Shown in pieces: positions 36,401 to 48,094 of a DNA stretch of 64,000 bases. A program made the translations under genes and the position numbers. Source of the DNA: Leptogorgia sarmentosa (lineage: Eukaryota); NCBI GenBank assembly GCA_964658305.1, contig OZ210885.1:8866001-8930000 (forward strand), read 5' to 3'. How positions within the stretch are numbered: the first letter of the stretch is position 1; each line of letters opens with the position of its first letter. The notes beneath the pieces are model-generated. The model saw nothing but the letters and a program-made list of their open reading frames with translations, was not told where the DNA came from and did no database searches.

Positions 36401-38872
36401 GGAGGAACGACGACCGCCGAAGCACAGCACTTAAAAGATACAGCAACGGCTGTCTTTGAGGAGGCAAAGTTTCAGCTGCACAAATGGCATTCCAACGAAG
36501 CTTCACTTGAAACCGAAACCGAGCCAAACAAGGACGAACAGAGTTATGCGAAAACACAACTTGGAGTTAATACGGGAGAAACGAAGCTGCTCGGACTGCC
36601 CTGGAACAAAGTAGATGACAAGATCGCTGTTCAATTTCAAAAGTGCCAAATTCCAACGCCAACGAAGCGCGAGGTGTTAAGTAATATTGCAAGAATTTAC
36701 GATCCTCTCGGTGTGGTATCCCCAGCGTCTTTATCTGGTAAACTGATTTACAGAGAAATATGCAACCGGAAAATTCCTTGGGACAAGGAGCTTCCTCCAG
36801 ATTTAGTTCAAAAATGGTCAGTGTGGCAAGACGAGATACCTGACAAAGTTGAGATTCCGAGAAGTTTGGTGAGCAATCGAGAAGTGATCTGTGATATTAA
36901 GCTTCACGCGTTCGGTGATGCAAGTAAGAAAGGTGTCTCTGCAGTTGTCTTCGCGGTTATTGAACAACCGTCCGGGTTTAGTCAAGGCCAGGTGTGTGCG
37001 AAATCCCGCTTGGCAAAAGAACAGTTAACAATTCCGAGACAAGAGCTAGTATCCGCCCACATGGCATGTAATTTGGTCCACAACGTGAAGCGAGCCTTAG
37101 AGGGCTTTCCTGTTAGTGATGTTTATGGCTGGCTCGATAGTACGGAAGCCCTACACTGGCTGTAAGGGGGTGGTGAATACAAACAGTTCGTTCGGAACCG
37201 AGTCCAAAAGATATTGGAGAAGGCGTATATCCAATGGCGATACGTAAATACCAAAGAGAACCCAGCAGACCTAGGTAGTCGTGGTGGCAATGTAACCGAA
37301 TCAACGCAGATGTGGTTAAAGGGTCCAGGGTGGCTATCCGAGCAAGAACGCTGGCCTGACGACGTCACCACCACGTCAACAGATCAATCACGCGCTGAGT
37401 TGAAGCCTGTAAAAGAAATCCTGGTAGTTGCGGTTGACGGGAAAAGCCCATTTGATGAGCTCTTGGAAAAGCACGACCTATGGAAAACTATCAGAATAAT
37501 GTCTTGGATAAAGAGATTCATTCACAATGCCAACCGTCACAACAAGGAGAAGAAAGTAGTTGGTCCAATTACCACTGTCGAAACAGAAGTGATACTAAAA
37601 TTTTGGATTCTGAAGACTCAAAACGAGGGAAAGAACTGTGCAAATTTCGAAGAGGAGCGTGCAAGGCTCAACTTACAACAAAACGAGGAAGGCGTGCTTG
37701 AGTGTCATGGTAGAATCCAATCCATTCGAAGTTTCAAACGCCTAATAGCCAGACGGGGGAGACCAAAGAAGATATATTCGGACAATGGTAAAACATTCGT
37801 TGCGGCTTCAAAGTGGGTTAAGAGCGTGATGGAAGATGAGAAATTGCAGAACTGGTTGGCACAAAACGAGATTAAGTGGCAGTTCAACTTAAGTCGTGCC
37901 CCGTGGTGGGGCGGACAATTTGAACGAATGGTGGGGCTTGTTAAACAAGCTTTCTACAAGACGGTTGGAAACGGCAACCTCACGTGGAACGAGCTCGAAG
38001 AGATTATCATCGACATAGAAACTGTATTGAACTCGCGGCCGTTATGTTATGTTGAAGACGATGTTCAGCTCCCTTTGTTAACTCCAAACACGATGTTATT
38101 TGGCCAACCCAGCCTAATTCCTGAACGAGATCCCGGTGCGGATGAAGATCGAGACCTAAGGAAACGCGCCAAATATCTACGCAGGTGTAAAGATGCTCTT
38201 TGGTCAAGGTGGTCCACCGAGTACGTCAAAGCGCTAAGAGAACGTCATAATCTGAAGCACAACTGCAAGGGAATGAAACTGGAACGTGGAGATGTTGTGT
38301 TAATCAGAGGCGAAGAACGAAACAGAGGCAAGTGGAGAATCGGTATCGTGGAGAAATTGATCGAAGGTCGAGATAAAGTAGTGCGAGGAGCGAGATTGCG
38401 AACTGGAAAGTCCTATCTGGAGAGGCCGGTGCAGTTATTGTACCCGTTGGAACTGTCGTGCGACATGCCGCCGCCGTCAGAGTCGGAAGTGAGTACTACG
38501 ATGAACGCGAATGCCCCTGTATTCCGGCCAAAGCGTAAAGCTGCACTAGCGGCGCAAGAACTGTTTACCAAAATTGCGGCAGAAGAACAAAAGGACAATG
38601 AGGGGACATTCTAACCTAGTGTTGAACAGAAAAGTAGTTCATAAAAGTTGTTATTGTTGTAATATTTGCAAATAATTTGCAAATAGGGGGAGAGTGTTGG
38701 GAAGTATATTAATATTCAGACGCTTCGGATAAACTTCGGGTTTCCGAGCGCAAGACGAACAATAGTCGTGAGATCGAGCATGTGAAAAAGGATGTGAGGT
38801 TTTGGTTCATATTTTAGTAAATAAATCTTAAGCGTAAACGTGACGAGGTTGTTGTGTGAGCAATTCACAACA
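33489..38872 (+). mobile_element. BEL/Pao LTR retrotransposon 2 (different family)
   Basis: 178-bp TG..CA LTRs (33489-33666, 38695-38872), identical by eye; PBS TGGCGACCC; AGGGGGAGAG PPT; flanks ACCC/ACCC. Confidence 0.95.
33767..38614 (+). pseudogene. BEL/Pao gag-pol with premature stop and in-frame integrase deletion
   Basis: Same motif order as element 1; TAA at 37163-37165; the GRIQ/SIRSFKR junction near 37720 lacks the HHCC region and the DFAGP aspartate present in element 1. Confidence 0.9.
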
Positions 38873-39064
38873 ACCCTTAAAGGTTTTAAGGCCACTTTAC
38901 GATTTATAGCTACCAATTGTGCTAAAATTTTAAATACTACTATCAAAAATACTTTCTAATAGCATGCAATAGAAAACTCAACAAATGCTGGATTGTTCAA
39001 TGTGATCGCGGAAAGAAAAATATATTCATTTACAAACGAGTATGTGTATTTTCCTGTTTTTTAG

Positions 39065-39330
39065 GCAAATGAGATGAAAAACTCGGTGTTAAAACCCGTT
39101 CGAGTCGACGCCGGATTAGGAAATCCTCCGATGGAGTTCAAGAATAATGATTCCGAATCCGCCAATTTTATGATCAAGCATGATCTCAATTTTAATGCAA
39201 GCAAGCTCCACGAGTTTGTGGAGAAGATAAAGAAAATCATACAGACAAAACAGCGAAACGAGGAACGTGCTGTGTTTGGAAGAGGTCCATATCGAGTATA
39301 AGAAAGGAATTGGAACATTTAACTGTGGAT
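39065..39330 (+). pseudogene. DNA transposase exon remnant (MULE-like)
   Basis: VR..AGLG.PP..F.NNDSESANFMIK resembles the NxxESxN catalytic-E region; upstream acceptor TTTTAG. Confidence 0.45.
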
Positions 39331-40236
39331 GACACGAGAAAGGAAGTTTAGTATTGATATGAAATAAATTCTGTGGAAATTAGTCCGATTGGTCTCGATG
39401 TTTCGAGGCCAGGCAACTCATGCATTACAGATGCTGGTTTTGGTGTTTTAAACGCAGCTTTATAACTGAATTGTGACTGAATTCAAATTTCAACTGCTTG
39501 ATCTCACAGGTTTTGTGAGAAATTGAGCCAAGATCCCAAAAGCGTCAGTTATTATCCAACCATGTTTTCAAGTTGTTAATGAGCCCCATCCTTTTTATTT
39601 TGCAATTCGTGTAAAGCGGAAAACGTTCGATTGAAATGAAGCGCTGTGAGAGTGGCGTAATGTTACAGTATGTCCTAGGTAAACGGGAGATAAAAACTGC
39701 ATTTCATTTTCAGAGCTTGAATTATGTTCCTGGAGCTTATACATCTCAAATTTTGTATATAAAATTTGTATACATCTCAAATTTTGTAAATTTTCTAAAA
39801 GGAGGCTAAGCAATGTAAAGCCAGTAGCCAAAGCTACGAGGGCCTTGCCCTGGTGAGAGAAAAATTCAATATATTTGTCTTATAAGGTTGGAAGTTTTGA
39901 ATATTTTGTCTTATAAATAAGGTTGGAAGTTTTGAGTATTTTTTACACGTTTGAATCGGAGCATTCTTTCCGTATTATAGTAAATTCGACTTAGTGGATC
40001 ATCACACCAGTCTGTAATCACCGAGTTGCAAAAATTGAACGTACGCTCAGCTATAGTAAGATGGATTAGAGCCTTCGTCACGTTCGTATCCGCGTAACTA
40101 TCCTAATGTACGCTTAAACGAGATCCCAGTCTCGAAACAACTTATTAACTGAGTACGCTATGGCCCACATTATGCGTGGCAAACCATGATCTAATTTCTC
40201 AACACACGGACAAAAGATAAGAAGAACTGAGACGTC

Positions 40237-40849
40237 AGGTTTCAGTCAAGCACTTCAACCTGACAACAGAAGCACGCAGCAAGGTTGGAAATAAAGACCA
40301 CCGCCTTAACGTTACCACCTCGAGGGCGCCGCAAACAGGCACGAACACGAAGAGTACTGCTGCCAAAATCAAGGCCAAACGATGCACGAACGAATGACGA
40401 CACGTAGGGAATTCACAGCACTTCTTCAACTCTTCGATTCTTCAACTCTTCGATTCTTCAACCCTTCGATTCTTCAAGTCTTATTGTCTTCGATTCTTCA
40501 AGTCTTATTGTCTTCGATTCTTCAAGTCTTCGCCCGGAGCACAGTATACCTATACAATAATCCAACTCATTGTTTTTTTGTAAGCTGTAAACGTCATGAT
40601 TCGTCACTCAGCAAGTGCCCTAAACAGAGGCAGTCACCCCCCTGAGTATCATTCATTTTGAGTATTGCCAGGGGGGTGACTGCCTCTGTTTAGGGCACTT
40701 GCTGAGTGACGAATACAGCTTACAAAAAAACAATGAGTTGGACTACTGTATAGGTATACTGTGCCCGGAGGCAATTTACTTACTATTCCGAGCCATATTT
40801 TAACAGAGAAAAGCGACCTTAAGATTACGGGACGTGGCCGCCTAGAAGG
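40237..40849. repeat. Repeat copy B (inverted relative to 25421-25797), interrupted by a MITE
   Basis: Reverse-complement homology on both sides of the 40540-40763 insertion. Confidence 0.8.
40540..40763. mobile_element. P-superfamily-type foldback MITE
   Basis: CACAGTATACCTATACA termini, arms of about 100 bp, 7-bp TSD CCCGGAG (40533-40539, 40764-40770). Confidence 0.85.
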
Positions 40850-42524
40850 TAATAATCAATGTTCAGTTTATAGCGCATGCGTGATTTCACGTCGTCAAAG
40901 TTTTTATCACTAGCTTTGTTCTTTCATGGAATGGCTCAATCAACTAAAACTATACATCACTTCACAGATGATACAACAAAAGAGTAGTTTTATAACAATC
41001 TTATTGTCATTATTTTTTAAAACGTTTTTTAGTGAATCTTAATCCGAAGAATTTAGCGCTCGGGATTTGAACAAACATCACTGGTTGAAACCAACGTGGT
41101 TGTTTTATCTCCAGGGAGACGACGTTGCCGGCGAACTTTCTCTTCCCCGCTTTTATCATGCGCTCGCTCACCTAGTTGCCGGGTAGCACTCTTTCACGAA
41201 CGGTGCGTGAGTGCGGAAATGGTAGACAGCAGACACACATAGAGATCAGGAGGAGACTCGGACTGCGCTTCGGTTGGTTGTGTCAAAAGGGAGACGCAAA
41301 GGTGGCATGTTCGTTTCAGAAACATTTGGCATGTTCATTCAGACAATGTGTAAATATTTACTAGCAGTTTGTATGTATGTATGCAGTTGTCAGTCCATAC
41401 AGTGTCCCGAAAAATGTTAATTAGATCCAACTTTGTTTCATTTTACTTCTCTTATTTATAATCCCTGTCGCTTTGCATTATCTTTGGCTTAGTTAGATAA
41501 ATATAGTGCCAAGTTTGACAGCTCACATATGCAGGAACTTCGGCCCTTGCTACTTGCTGATTATCTATCGACACATTTGCGTTTTGTTTTTATGTCCATT
41601 GACATAATACTGTTTTACCTACAATGTACATTACGATACGTAATTATAGTCCGACTTCGTATCATCATATCACGTGAAAGATATATTTCCGAAGCTTTTC
41701 AAAAACTGGCCTGAATATTACATTACTGAATTAGTCTATCTTCGTATCATGAAAAAATCTTCCCAGGTTTTTGGAAGTGGTGAAATATATATCCCGTATA
41801 CGAAATACACTGTTCAATTATTGACCACGTATTAATGTCGAAATCTATCTTATTATCTTAATTTTAGTCCCCAAATATATTTCAAAAATCGAAAGTTTTG
41901 TTTAATTTGAGTATCTTTTGTAGTTAAAAGACTTAATGTGGTTTCCATATCGCTCTTTAAATTTGCTTGCTGACATGCCTATGTAGTGTTTTAAGCTGTT
42001 TGTGCTTGTGCAGGTGACACGCTATAAGGTGGTCTGCATGGGGGTATTCTTTCTCAGAAAATTTTTGAAGTTGCAAAGCCCTGGGATGGCATTTACGGCG
42101 ATTTCAGGGACAAAATTAATGACAACGAATTAGTGTTTGGTTCACCTGTAGTGAATGACTAAAATCACTACTAAATTAAGGTAAATACACGAGGCTAAAA
42201 TATCATGAAACATTTGTAATTTCAAAGTAGGGATATAAATATGTTATATATTTTTTATGTTGTTATATAGTTAGTGTCAAAGACAAAACCATACACGTCC
42301 CGGTCCACAAAATGCCATGTTCGTCAACCGTTCAAAAAATTATTGACCAGGCAACAATTAAATGGGCACAATGCGAATGCACGTCAACCGTGAAGTCCAA
42401 AGTTCATTCAATCGTACGATGTTTTGAAATTTTTGTCTCTTTTTTGGTTTCAAAGTTCACTCCAGTATTAAACCGGTGAATTCATTCATATTTTGACACT
42501 AAACTATAAAACTATATAACAAAA

Positions 42525-42646
42525 CACTTATTTACTGAAACCTCGAGAAACATTGTGTTTGTGGCCCCTCGACCGCCATTGTTGCCCTCAACGGTGGTCT
42601 CGGGGCCACAAAACACAATGTTTCCCTCGGTCTCAGTAAATAAGTG
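42525..42646. repeat. Long imperfect hairpin (Crypton-like element end)
   Basis: CACTTATTTACTGA..AAACATTGTGTTTGTGGCCCC / GGGGCCACAAAACACAATGTTT..TCAGTAAATAAGTG. Confidence 0.6.
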
Positions 42647-42677
42647 ATAATTATTTACCAGCTAGGAGAACCTGCAG

Positions 42678-42849
42678 CCATTACACCACAGAACCTTAGC
42701 ACGACAATATTTCCCCATTGTTTCTCGTTTCTACGTTTCGTTGATAGCGAAAGGAATCTCTTCAAACGATGTGGATGTTTACTAAAAAGAAATTATATTG
42801 TCAGCACGAGTCATTTCGATGGCGTGGGTTCCAATCCCACCACTGCCAA
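42678..42849. pseudogene. Remnants of a divergent tRNA-Gln / tRNA-Leu pair
   Basis: Homologous to the fuller pair at 63375-63655. Confidence 0.55.
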
Positions 42850-43183
42850 ATTTTGGTTGTTCATGGCTGTATTGAGCTGACGTTAGTTTTAAAACATGAT
42901 GCTTCCTCTCTATTATTTGTTAAAATTCATAATTTAACCCACAACCGAAGAAAGTAAAATTAACATTATTCTAATTTTACCCTCGTTTTTGCATTGGTTT
43001 CTATCGCTTATTGTCCCCTCAGTAATTAAAATAACAAGCTCAACTTGTCATTAATCTCTCTCTTGGATCAATTTGATTCGATTAACCGATAAAATTCGCT
43101 GCATTACAAAATATTCAAAAATAGGCTCTGGCGAAACTTGCATGTTTCTGTTCACATGTCACAAATAATTCACAAATTGTCAC

Positions 43184-43258
43184 TCCCATGGTGTGGTTCT
43201 CTGGTTTGAATCCAGCGTTTTTACCGCCATGGCCCTGGTTCGATTCCCGGCGTGGGAA
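43184..43258 (+). pseudogene. tRNA-Glu degenerate copy
   Basis: Intact 3' half GGCCCTGGTTCGATTCCCGGCGTGGGAA; scrambled 5' half. Confidence 0.6.
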
Positions 43259-43541
43259 TAATACTTGCGAGAGAAGGAAAAAAATATGCAATTCGAAAAA
43301 TTAGCAAAACCATTGCTATTATACTAGTTCTATCCCGCTTACACATTCTTTTGGTGTTTTCTGTATTTAAGTCCTTGTTGACATGATCTTACTTTTCCAC
43401 AAAAAAATTAATTTTGCTGATCATGTTTAAAGTGTCAAAATTTCCTAGAACTTACTCTGATTTATTATTTGAAGGTGTTTGGTGAAAATGTTCGGCATCT
43501 TGTGGAATATGATTATTATAACGAAGGAGTTGGGCAACTTT

Positions 43542-43612
43542 GCGTTGGTGGTTCAGTGGTAGAATTCTCGCCTGCCACGCGGGAGAATGGGGTTCAATTC
43601 CCCGCTAATGCA
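43542..43612 (+). tRNA. tRNA-Gly(GCC), some substitutions
   Basis: CTCGC CT GCC AC GCGGG; 71 nt. Confidence 0.72.
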
Positions 43613-43697
43613 GATTATTTTCATTTTATTGCATTTCAACTGCAACACGGGAAACAAACTGGCTTTGTAAACACAGGAATAGTCAATAAGTTATCAC

Positions 43698-43760
43698 TCC
43701 CATGTGGTCTAGTGGTTAGGATCTGGCGTTTTCACCGCCATGGCCCGGGTTCCATTCTCG
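43698..43760 (+). pseudogene. tRNA-Glu(TTC), 3' end lost
   Basis: TGGCG TT TTC AC CGCCA; no 3' acceptor strand. Confidence 0.68.
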
Positions 43761-44115
43761 ATTCGATTTTTTCTGAACATTTCAATTTGAAGCAGCTTGT
43801 GTTCACATTCTCAAACTGCCATTCGGCCGCCATGTTTGTTTTGTTTTGATGCAAACTGTAGCTTGAGCTCTAATTTGATTGGTTCAAAGTAATAACATAA
43901 AATTGTACTGTGATTTGGGATTAACTGCACAGAAATGAGCCAACCACACTCGAGTAATACTTTTATTTATATTATCAAGAAAGAAACACCCAAAAGAATC
44001 CATTTTATTCCCAAGCAACCTTGGGCCTTCGTCCCACGCGGTCACCTCAGAGTGTAGGTCAGTTGTAGATGTGAATGTTTAGTTCAACAACGCGAAACCT
44101 GTTGGTTGTAGCAAC

Positions 44116-44197
44116 GTAGCCGTGGCCGAGCGGTTAAGGCGACAGACTAGAAATCTGTTGGGAGTTTCCCGCGCAGGTTCAAATCCTGCCGACTACG
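44116..44197 (+). tRNA. tRNA-Ser(AGA)
   Basis: 82 nt, one acceptor mismatch. Confidence 0.82.
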
Positions 44198-44252
44198 TTA
44201 TGCAAAGTCTTTCAAATTTTGGCCTCGAATGTAAACATGAATTAGAGCACTG

Positions 44253-44569
44253 GGGCCGGTTGTACGAAGCCCGTTTAGCCTAAACGGTGGATAAGCCAAA
44301 ATTTAATAACACTCTCACAACTCACAACCAGGGCCGGTTGTTCGTAGCCCGTTTAGCTTAAACGGTGGATAAGTCAAATTTAAATTACACTCCCGTTCAT
44401 CTCGTGAATAACTGAACATGAATTTTAAACCCTAAATATGTAGTTATTTACATAAGTGTTCTTCTCAGATTGAACATTTTTATTATTATTGTTCAATGAA
44501 CACACAGAATTGTTTGATATTTTGGACTTATCCACCGTTTAGGCTAAACGGGCTACGAACAACCGGCCC
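44253..44569. mobile_element. Harbinger-like MITE(s) replacing the anticodon loop of a tRNA-Thr
   Basis: GGGCCGGTTGT TIR occurs twice on the left (44253, 44331) and once on the right. Flanks are CTG/CAG belonging to Thr halves (TTAGAGCACTG; CAGGGGTCC..GATGAGGCT). Confidence 0.7.
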
Positions 44570-44846
44570 CAGGGGTCCAGGGTTCAAATCTCTGATGAGG
44601 CTCAAGAGTATCGTTATCAAATAGGTTTGTTTTGAGAATTCGAATGCCAAATAATCTGAAAGTGGAACTGAGAGTACCTCTTACTAGCTTGAAATATATT
44701 CGATATTACAAATCAATCTATAAATGGTAACGTTTTACAAAGAATGAAGACAAGTGCATAATCTTCACTGTTATTTTTACCATTTTGAAACATCACATCA
44801 GTGCAGGATGGGAAAGTAATATAATTCAACAGCAAGCTTTGGAGTT

Positions 44847-44919
44847 GCCTCATTAGCTCAGGGGTTAGAGCACTGGTCTAGTAAACCAGGGGTCCAGAGT
44901 TCAAATCTCTGATGAGGCT
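44847..44919 (+). tRNA. tRNA-Thr(AGT)
   Basis: Perfect stems: GCCTCAT/ATGAGGC, CTGGT CT AGT AA ACCAG, CAGAG/CTCTG. Confidence 0.88.
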
Positions 44920-45069
44920 TTGTTTTCTTCGGAAACTTTGAAGAACGTGGAAGACAAACGCCCAGATTGTATTCCTTGTTCTGTTCAGTGAATTAAAGCT
45001 GATGAAATAAAAAAGCTACTGGAAGAGTACTATGTTAGAAAAAACATGCTAGGAATATTTTAGCATGTC

Positions 45070-45142
45070 GCCTCATTAGCTCAGGGGTTAGAGCACTGGT
45101 TTCGTAAACCAGGGGTCCAGAGTTCAATTCTCTGATGAGGCT
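45070..45142 (+). tRNA. tRNA-Thr(CGT)
   Basis: Same body; loop TT CGT AA. Confidence 0.85.
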
Positions 45143-45348
45143 GTGGCAATAAGTATCCATCGTGAATAAGAATTCATCCATTTACTTTTTGTGATTGGTT
45201 ACAAGGTATGCAGTTAACTCTCCAGATTGTATAAGTGTGACCAGAAACAAAATTTTTCAAGTGAGTTTATTTCATGAAAACACGTGATAATACGGGGAAT
45301 CAACTTCTTAATTGGATTTATGTTCTGAGTTTCAACAGGGAAGAAGTT

Positions 45349-45392
45349 GCCTCTTTAGCTCAGGGGTTAAAGCACTGGTCTGGTAAAACAGC
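45349..45392 (+). pseudogene. 5' fragment of the insert-bearing tRNA-Thr variant
   Basis: CTGGTCTGGTAAAACAGC, then truncated. Confidence 0.6.
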
Positions 45393-45444
45393 AGAGTTTG
45401 AGAATGTGAACACAAGCTGTTCAAATTGAAATTTTTAGAAAAAG

Positions 45445-45516
45445 TTCCCACGCCGGGAATGGAACCAGGGCCATGGCGGTGAAAACGCCGGATCCTAACC
45501 ACTAGACCACATGGGA
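45445..45516 (-). tRNA. tRNA-Glu(TTC), some substitutions
   Basis: 72-nt Glu body with T-arm changes. Confidence 0.7.
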
Positions 45517-45600
45517 GTGATAACTTGTTGACTATTCCCGTGTTACAAAGCCAGTTTGTTTCTCGTGTTGAAGTTGAAATGCAACAAAATGAAAATAACC

Positions 45601-45671
45601 TGCGTTAGCGGGGAATCGAACCCCGGTCTCCCGCGTGGCAGGCGAGAATTCTACCACTGAACCACCAACGC
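45601..45671 (-). tRNA. tRNA-Gly(GCC)
   Basis: Complete cloverleaf. Confidence 0.85.
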
Positions 45672-45953
45672 AAAGTTGCCTAATTCTTTCGTGATAATGT
45701 TCATATTCCACAAGATGCCGACCATTTTCACCAAACATCTTCAACTAATAAATCAGAGTAAGTTCTAGGAAATTTTTACACTTTAAACATGATCAGCAAA
45801 TTCTTTTTTTTTGTGCAAAAGCAAGAGATGTCAACAAGGACTTAAATACAGAAAAAACCAAAAGAATGGGTAAGAGGGATAGAGCTAGTATAATAGCAAT
45901 GGTTTCGCTAATTTCTCATATTATATGTAATTTTCCTTCTCTCGCAAGTATTA

Positions 45954-46025
45954 CTTCCATGCCGGGAATCGAACCCGGGCCTTGGCGGTGAGAGCGCCAG
46001 ATCCTGACCACTGGACCACATGCGA
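45954..46025 (-). pseudogene. tRNA-Glu(CTC), acceptor mismatches
   Basis: Inverted paralog of 54644 with acceptor-stem substitutions. Confidence 0.7.
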
Positions 46026-46121
46026 GAAACATTTATCTTTTCTCGGAATGTGAAAATAACGATAATATTTTTAATTTGAATTTGGAAGAAAATTTCGAGA
46101 AACAGCGGGGCCAGAAGTGCT

Positions 46122-46194
46122 TAACCTTGAAGTGAATTGAACACTTAACCTTCTGATCTGGAGTCAGACGCGCTACCAATTGCGCCACAAGGTC
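46122..46194 (-). tRNA. tRNA-Trp(CCA)
   Basis: TCTGA CT CCA GA TCAGA; AAGTG/CACTT T stem. Confidence 0.82.
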
Positions 46195-46280
46195 GTAGTG
46201 CTGTTAAAATGGTTTGGTTTCAGAGAACGAGTTTGAGAATGTGAACACAAGCTGCTTCAAACTGAAATTTTCAGAAAAAA

Positions 46281-46352
46281 TTCCCACGCCGGGAATCGAA
46301 CCAGGGCCATGGCGGTGAAAACGCCAGATCCTAACCACTACACCACATGGGA
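46281..46352 (-). tRNA. tRNA-Glu(TTC), some substitutions
   Basis: 72-nt Glu body. Confidence 0.72.
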
Positions 46353-46427
46353 GTGATAACTTGTTGACTATTCCTGTGTTACAAACCCAGTTTGTTTCTC
46401 GTGTTGAAGTCCAAATTGAAAAGATTC

Positions 46428-46498
46428 TGCGTTGGCGGGGAATCGAACCCCGGTCTCCCGCGTGGCAGGCGAGAATTCTACCACTGAACCACCAACGC
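46428..46498 (-). tRNA. tRNA-Gly(GCC)
   Basis: Complete cloverleaf. Confidence 0.85.
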
Positions 46499-46774
46499 AA
46501 AGTTGCTCAATTATTTCGTTATAATGTTCATATAAGAAGCTTGGCGTTGACTTTCATAACTTTTGCAATTCTTCACTAATTCACTTCATGTTTTGCAAAA
46601 TTATTAAAATAGCAATTATTTCCTTGTTTTCTTTCTTTGACAAACGATTACTTCCAGACTTTAGAAGAAACATATTTCAACTTAAGTGGAATTGATGAGT
46701 TCCCCTTTCAAAGTTTTACTACTTTCTCAAAACAAATAGAACGATTTTTCTTATGGATCGTAGTGATATATTTG

Positions 46775-46847
46775 AGCCCCATCAGAGATTTGAACTCTGG
46801 ACCCCTGGTTTACAAGACCAATGCTCTAACCACTGAGCTAATGAGGC
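46775..46847 (-). tRNA. tRNA-Thr(TGT)
   Basis: Same Thr body; loop CT TGT AA. Confidence 0.8.
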
Positions 46848-47044
46848 AACTTGTTACGTTGTTGAAATTCATAATATAAATTTATTTACCACAATAATTT
46901 CCTTGTGCTGACGTTCCTTCATTAATTCAAAAATTTGGCTTCTATTCACACTTCATATATCTAATATCGCAAGAATTCAATTCACTTCGAAACATGTTAA
47001 AACACGATTTATAACAACTTATATTTACCAACATTTATCCTCAC

Positions 47045-47098
47045 AGCCTCATCAGATAATTGAATTCTGGACCCCTGGTTTACGAAACCAGTGCTCTA
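47045..47098 (-). pseudogene. tRNA-Thr(CGT), 5' end lost
   Basis: 3' three quarters of the Thr body. Confidence 0.68.
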
Positions 47099-47325
47099 TA
47101 CACATAGGACTCTTTGATTAACTTTTTTAGTTGATCAGGTTTAACATCTTGGATAGCTGATGCAATGTATTCGCGGCGGTTGTCTTCCACGTTCTTCCAA
47201 AAAATCGAAGAGGCAACAAGGCAACTTGTTTCGGTCCTGAAATTCATAATATAAATCTATTTACCATAATAATTTGCCTTATGCTGACGTCTATTTCTTT
47301 AAAACAAAATCTTGAAAAAATTGGC

Positions 47326-47365
47326 CTCTGGACCCGTGGTTTACTAGCTGTTTTACTAAACCAGT
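47326..47365 (-). pseudogene. Internal fragment of the insert-bearing tRNA-Thr(AGT) variant
   Basis: Minus strand ACTGGTTTAGTAAAACAGCTAGTAAACCACGGGTCCAGAG. Confidence 0.65.
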
Positions 47366-47632
47366 CCCCCTGTTGTTTTCACAAGTTTGGCGTTGAATTT
47401 TCTTACCTAATTTATCTTAGCTATTCTTCACTAATTCAGTGCATGTTGCAAAATGATTAAAATTGAAATTATTTCCTTTTTTTCTTTCTTTGACAAACGA
47501 TTACTTCCTGACTTTAGAAGAAACATATTTCAATTAAGTGGAATTGATGAGTCCCCGTTTCAAAGTTTTTCTACTTTCCCAAAACAAATAGAACGATTTT
47601 TCTGAACGCAGTTGGCAGTTGTGATATATTTG

Positions 47633-47705
47633 AGCCTCATCAGAGATTTGAACTCTGGACCCCTGGTTTACTAGACCAGTGCTCTAACCACTGAGCTAAT
47701 GAGGC
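47633..47705 (-). tRNA. tRNA-Thr(AGT)
   Basis: Complete, no insert; the flank is paralogous to the 21820 locus. Confidence 0.88.
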
Positions 47706-48021
47706 ACGTTGACAACTCCGTGTTGATTTCAGAAGCTTGCCGTTCAATTTTATTACCTAATTTACCTTTGCTATTCTTCATTAATTCATTCATTTGCAAA
47801 ATGATTAAAATTCACATAATGTCCTGGTTTTCTATCTTTGACAAACGATTACTCCTAGAGTCGATAAGTCTGTTAGAAGTTCCTCACTTCCTGTTAAAAG
47901 TTCCTCGCTTATTATTGACTTCCTGTGTGAAAGTTGTAACTTAAAACCACGAAATGGCACCTCAAATTTCGAACAATAATTATCTTATTAAATTTAACTG
48001 AATTATTTTGGGCATAGGTCA

Positions 48022-48094
48022 GTTTCCGTAGTGTAGTGGTTATCACATGCGCCTAACACGCGCAAGGTGCTCAGTTCGAACCTCGGCGGAAACA
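48022..48094 (+). tRNA. tRNA-Val(AAC), T-stem mismatch
   Basis: TGCGC CT AAC AC GCGCA. Confidence 0.7.

Noticed and set aside
44847..44940. CTGATGA..GAAAC as a hammerhead ribozyme, or Thr copies as a tRNA-derived SINE
   Set aside because: CTGATGA is the tRNA T-stem/acceptor strand and no hammerhead helices form. The copies have no common tail or TSD and were spread with their flanks by segmental duplication.
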